From contig NW_021834097.1 of assembly GCF_006345805.1 (NCBI RefSeq), positions 1 through 27,157 of the forward strand: a DNA stretch of 27,157 nucleotides. Reading direction: 5' to 3'. Positions 22,481 through 27,157 of the stretch are shown here, piece after piece (position 1 is the stretch's first letter; every line of letters begins with the position of its first letter). The notes under the pieces were generated by a model. The model was not told the origin of the DNA, did not search any database, and saw only the letters and a program-made list of their open reading frames with translations. A program made the position numbers and the translations under genes. The stretch is from Octopus sinensis. Its lineage: Eukaryota.

Positions 22481-22483
<3 letters not shown>

Positions 22484-22594
22484 AATTGTTGCGTAATAAT
22501 ATAAAAAACAAGGCTGTATAGATATTAGAGCATTTATAGATAGGTCTTACAGCTGTTTCTAGGATATTAATTAATAATATCCCTTCATCAGAGA
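22481..22594 (-). mobile_element. Truncated hammerhead-bearing element (probable Penelope-like terminal repeat) ending in (TA)n
   Basis: Hammerhead fold at 22543-22594, then about 60 nt of tail, then the long (TA)n at 22480 and below. Confidence 0.65.
22543..22594 (-). ncRNA. Type I hammerhead ribozyme candidate (minimal, palindromic stem III)
   Basis: UCU-CUGAUGA-A-GGGAUAUUA-UUAAU-UAAUAUCCU-A-GAAA-CAGCU-GUA^AGA. Canonical CUGAUGA and GAAA, 9-bp stem II, ACAGCUGU palindrome, GUA cleavage triplet, 3-bp stem I. Confidence 0.7.
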
Positions 22595-23451
22595 TGGTGT
22601 GTGTGGGTTGGTGGGTGCCTTTGTGTATTTGTTTGTCCACCCCACCACCGCTTGACAACCGATGTTGATGTGCTTACATCCCCGTAACTTAGCAGTTCGG
22701 CAAAAGAGAAAGATAGAATAAGTACGAGGCTTAAAATCAGAATAAATACTGTGATTGTTTCATTTGACCAAAAGTTCTTCAACATGGTGCCTCAGCATGG
22801 CCACAGTCTAATGATTGAGAACACGTAAAAGATAAAAAGCAACCTCCCTGTATGTGTCGTATCATTTGAGGGAGGTTGGCTCTCAATTGGCATTCTGAAA
22901 TTCTACATATCTTCTAAGCAAACGTGAGTTGTTATTTGTGGAAAATCAAGCGAGAGCCTGGTGGGTCCAAATAATATTTTGCTGTATTTTCTAGTTGTAT
23001 TTTGTGTGTGTGTGTGTGATGCCTTGGATATAATTTTCGTGCTGTGCAAACCTGTTGTTATATTTACAGAAATAACAGAAATATTGTGTGCCATTCTTTT
23101 GATATTTTTTAGCCAAATGTCATCAATAAGAACCCTGTGAGAAAACGTGTTCTACTGGGGCTTATTTCATCTTTGTGGCCTTCCAGTTTTTAAAACGATT
23201 CGGTGTGATTTTGGGGCTATGATTGTCAAGTAATTATACTCCTGCGCTATCAACAATTCTCTCTTATAATCACCGTAATCTTGTAGTCCTTAGAAATTCT
23301 CTTAAGAAACCCGTTGAAACATCAATCATGCATAGAGCAGGTTGTAGACGAGTGGAGCCAGAGCGAAAGACATTTTATATCAAGTAGTAATTTGAAGACG
23401 CCATGTTCGATTGTTGCCACTTCCGTCAGATTAACGTAAATGTGAGAATTC

Positions 23452-23850
23452 TTCTTCGTCCTCTTCTTCTTCTTCTTTTCCTTCCCTCTTCTTTTTCTTC
23501 TTCTTCTTTTTCTTCTTATTCCCTCTTCTTCTTCTTCTTCTTCTTCTTCTTCTTTTTCTTTTTCTTCCCTCTTCTTTTTTTCTTCCCTCTTCTTTTTCTT
23601 TTTCTTCCCTCTTCTTCTTCTTTTCCTTTTTCATCTTCTTTTTATTCTTATTCTTCCGTCTTCTTCTTTTTATTCTTATTCTTCTCTCTTCTTCCAATTA
23701 AGGTCCTCATTTTTCCTTTTTCTCTTCTCCTTTCCTTCATTTTCACTTCTCTTCTTTCTTCTTTATCATCCTCTCTTCTCGTTCATCTTTTTTTTTTTCT
23801 TCTTTTCGTCCGCATCATCTCCTTCTTCATCTCCTTCGTCTCCTTCTTCG
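23452..23850. repeat. Polypyrimidine (CTT)n-rich tract
   Basis: Directly visible. Confidence 0.95.
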
Positions 23851-24127
23851 TGCCAATAAATAAAACGAAAGAACTTGGAAATAATAAATTCTTTAGATAA
23901 TGTTGAAATCGGAATTATTTTGGTATCATGTGATAGGTTGGTAATTATGGAGACTTCTTCGCTTTCCTACTTTGGACGCTTCTTTTACATTGGCGTTCTT
24001 CAGTTCCATCAAGTGAATTCCTCATATTTCATCAATGATGCCATTGAATGTTTGAACAAATAAAATGGTCAAAAGACACGGCAGCGCTAGAATGGAATGG
24101 AATAGATACAGAGGAAGGGAAAGAAGG

Positions 24128-24148
24128 CCAACTCACACACACAGATAA

Positions 24149-24186
<38 letters not shown>

Positions 24187-24370
24187 TACATACACGCACG
24201 CAGATGCATATATACACATTACAGTAACTCAAACACACGTTCGCATACACTGAAACGAGCGTCCACCGATACACACACGTATATGTACATACACATATAC
24301 AAACACAACACACACACAACACACACACACCAACACACACACACACACATACACACGCGCGCGCACATAC
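24128..24370. repeat. (CA)n-rich compound microsatellite
   Basis: Directly visible. Confidence 0.93.
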
Positions 24371-24987
24371 ACTGGACCTTGGCGAGTCACGAACAATAGC
24401 GATTCTTAAACCCTAACATATTCTTTGCGGACAACGGAGGTCAGAGAAGTTCAATACAGATTCGGGATTGACCATCCCAACTGCAGACATCAACACCATT
24501 ATTATCGTTGTCGGCATAATAATCATCTTCATCATCATTGCCAGCTGCACAAAAATGTTCACATAGTTCGCTGCGATGTTGAGTGTATAAAATGCTTTTA
24601 TGCCGGAATATATTTTCAAAAAATGCGAAGACAAAGTATTCGGCGATAATTTAGTAGAAGTAGCCCACTGAGTGCTTGGGAATAGATTAACGTTGAAATC
24701 TTAATCCGTGTCTTGGAATGTCGCTAATCGCCCATGTGGATGTAACCGTAAAGGCACCTAAATGTATGTATGTATGTAGATTTTATACGTATGTGTATGT
24801 ATTTATGCATGTTTGAGTGTGTGTGTGTGTGCATAATAATTAGTTTGGATAGATGACGAAAGGAAATCCTCGAAAAGTTTGGCTAGGTTTCTGTTCTTAA
24901 TTCCGTGTTTTCTGTCTGTTCATCTTTCGATATTGTAAACTCGCTAATTCACTGTGACGACCGCTAAATCCACAAGTTGTCTCAATT

Positions 24988-25144
24988 CTCTCTCTTTTTT
25001 TATTCTTTCTCTGTATATTTTCTCTTATTCCTTTCTGCATAGGCTCGAAACGTAAAAGATTTTTTCCCTCTCCTAAGCGTCAAACTAACACACCTGCTTG
25101 CTGTTCATCCATCAGTCTTCGTCTTTTGTCCTGTAAATTTCAGC

Positions 25145-25145
<1 letters not shown>
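24988..25145 (+). mobile_element. Copy of the hammerhead-like repeat family with a deleted core, ending in (TA)n
   Basis: cctttctgcataggctcgaaacgtaaaagat, then a tail (cctaagcgtcaaactaacac...cttcgtcttttgt) homologous to the reverse complement of 911-1010. Confidence 0.6.
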
Positions 25146-25188
<43 letters not shown>

Positions 25189-25255
25189 ATGTAGAGAGAG
25201 AGCGAGAAGCATATAGATAGACGCAGATGTGTGATAACATACACATATGCATATA

Positions 25256-25288
<33 letters not shown>

Positions 25289-25801
25289 TTACATATGTAT
25301 GCGGGGGCATCTGCGTATAAACTCAATTTGATACATAGCGACAAGGTATATTTTTTCCTGTTATATCATTGTCATCATCATCCAGGTTCCTTTACTTCTT
25401 GCTCTTCATATTATTATTATTATTATTATATATTGATCCTCTTGTTGCTTTTGTTGCTACTGCTACTGCGGCTGCTGCTGCCACTGCCACAGCTGCAGTT
25501 TCCATTAGCATTAGAATGTCGCCGTTCCGAAGTGGAGATATTCTAAAAGCAAGGTTTGTGTCAGAACTGCACATGATGTGTAAATTGCAGGGAAAGCAAT
25601 GCTCTGCTGTCAATAGGTATTTCTGCGACTCTTTTATCCGCGAGAATGGGAAAATAAGTATTGATAACAGCGTCACCTTTCGTGACGACCGCAGTGCTAC
25701 CACATTGTGTTTGTCTTGTGCGCAGAAAACACTGTGTTTTGTCTCGTAAATGTGTGCTGTCGATTGACCTTCGGAGAAAAGCATTTGCCAACCTCTTCTT
25801 G

Positions 25802-26068
25802 TATGGTATGTATGTATGTAGATATGTATGTATGTATGTATGTGTGTATGTATGTGTATGTATGTATGTATGTATGTATGTTGTATGTATGGGTGTGTGT
25901 ATGTATGTATGTGTGGGTGTGTGTATATGTGTATGTATGTATGTGTGTGTATGTATGTGTGGGTGGGTGTATGTGTGTATATATGTATGTATGTAGGTAG
26001 GTAGGTATGTGTATGTATGTGTGTATGTATGTATGTATGTATGTATATGTAGGTATGTGTGTATGTAT
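25802..26068. repeat. (GTAT)n microsatellite
   Basis: Directly visible. Confidence 0.95.
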
Positions 26069-26106
26069 GAGAAATTGTAGAGTGGAGCATGAATAATACC
26101 ATGCAA

Positions 26107-26512
26107 AATTAGTGATATTATTAACAATAAAGGTATCAGTAGTAATAACGATATTAATAATATTATTAATAATGATAGTAGTGTTGGTAATGATGTTAAT
26201 GATGATGATAATACGAGTAATAATAATAAGGAAGAGGAGAGGGGGTAGAAGGGGAAGAACAAGAGGAAGAAGGAGAGGTAGAAGTAGAAGTGGAAGAAGG
26301 TTGAGGAGAAGAGAAGAGGAAGTGGAAGAGGAGGAAGGCTGGGAAGAAGCGGAAGAAGATGAGGGAGGAGAAGAAGAAGCGGAAGACGGAGAGGAAAATG
26401 AAGAAGAGAAAGGGAAGGGGTGGAGAGGAAAGAGAGGAAGGAGAGGGAGAAGTAGAAGTATAGGGGAGGAATAGAAGAAGGAGGAGAGGAAGAAGAGGTG
26501 GAAGAAGGAAGA
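26107..26512. repeat. (AAT)n-like tract followed by a polypurine (GAA/GAG) tract
   Basis: Directly visible. Confidence 0.93.
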
Positions 26513-27157
26513 AATAAACGACAGAAATAAACAAGACCACAACAATGATGATAAGATTTTGTATGGACGACACTGACCATTTTGCTGCTGCTCCCTCTGC
26601 CGTACTTTCGGTGGTGGCGCTGGCCTTACAGATAAAGATGCTACTGTTGTTTTTGATGATGATGATGATGATGGTAGTGGCAGCGGCGGTTGTAACGATG
26701 GTGGAGGAGGGTGGCGATAACGAAGATTAGGATGTTGAGCTGGTGGAGATGATGCTAATGATGGCGATTATTACGAAGAAAGTGACCACCACGACGATAA
26801 CGACAATAAAAATACGAATAAATGAGAACGCAACAAAACAACCAAAATAAAAAAAGAGAAAAGAAAAGGCAAAACGCATTAAAAACATGCTGGTCGGTCG
26901 GTCGGTCGGCTGGTTGGTTGGTTACTTATATCAGTGAATTTCGTTATTGTATATTAGGAAGGCTGGGAGGATATTGGCTCGATATATCGGCTGATGGAAA
27001 TCGAAGATATTGATTTTGGGTGAATATGCGACAACATGTCAATTGGATTGTTACGGCAAATCGAGACGTGACGTTCCAACGAATTTCTTCCACAGTTACG
27101 TGATGTGACCTGTGCATGTTATACATACATGTGTATATGTATGGATGTATGTATGTA

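Larger units (their letters stand above)
21692..22838 (+). mobile_element. SINE type A stretched to about 1.15 kb by microsatellite expansion and a nested insertion
   Basis: 5' half at 21692-21843 and 3' half at about 22595-22838 both match type A. Between them lie about 640 bp of (TC)n/(TA)n and the 22481-22594 element. Confidence 0.85.

Noticed and set aside
24440-24570. Hydrophobic transmembrane-like frame TIIIVVGIIIIFIIIASC
   Set aside because: It derives from a degenerate (ATC/ATT)n repeat and lacks splice support.
25591-25616. Possible 26-nt micro-exon (ttgcag|GGAAAG...CAATAG|gtattt)
   Set aside because: There is no polypyrimidine tract and no neighbouring exons. Without RNA-seq it cannot be distinguished from chance.

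Overview
This is AT-rich, microsatellite-dense eukaryotic DNA, intergenic or intronic. The SINE families and simple-repeat load point to an octopus genome, which is an inference from remembered repeat sequences and not from a search. I found no supportable host protein-coding gene; almost all ORFs in the supplied track are translations of simple repeats or SINEs. The window holds about 15 copies or fragments of tRNA-derived SINEs in three body types (called A, B and C here), two RTE-clade LINE 3' ends, a decayed hAT-type transposase, and two copies of a GG-terminated MITE with 8-9 bp TSDs. The most interesting signal is a set of short repeats carrying hammerhead-ribozyme or hammerhead-like cores with a palindromic stem III, most running into (TA)n. 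This is the architecture of Penelope-like-element termini. One copy (22543-22594, minus strand) has a near-complete hammerhead fold, while others carry an unusual CYGUYGAA core. Also notable are SINE-B dimers with the same palindromic junction at two loci and a 72-73 bp near-perfect inverted repeat. All folds and alignments were done by eye.
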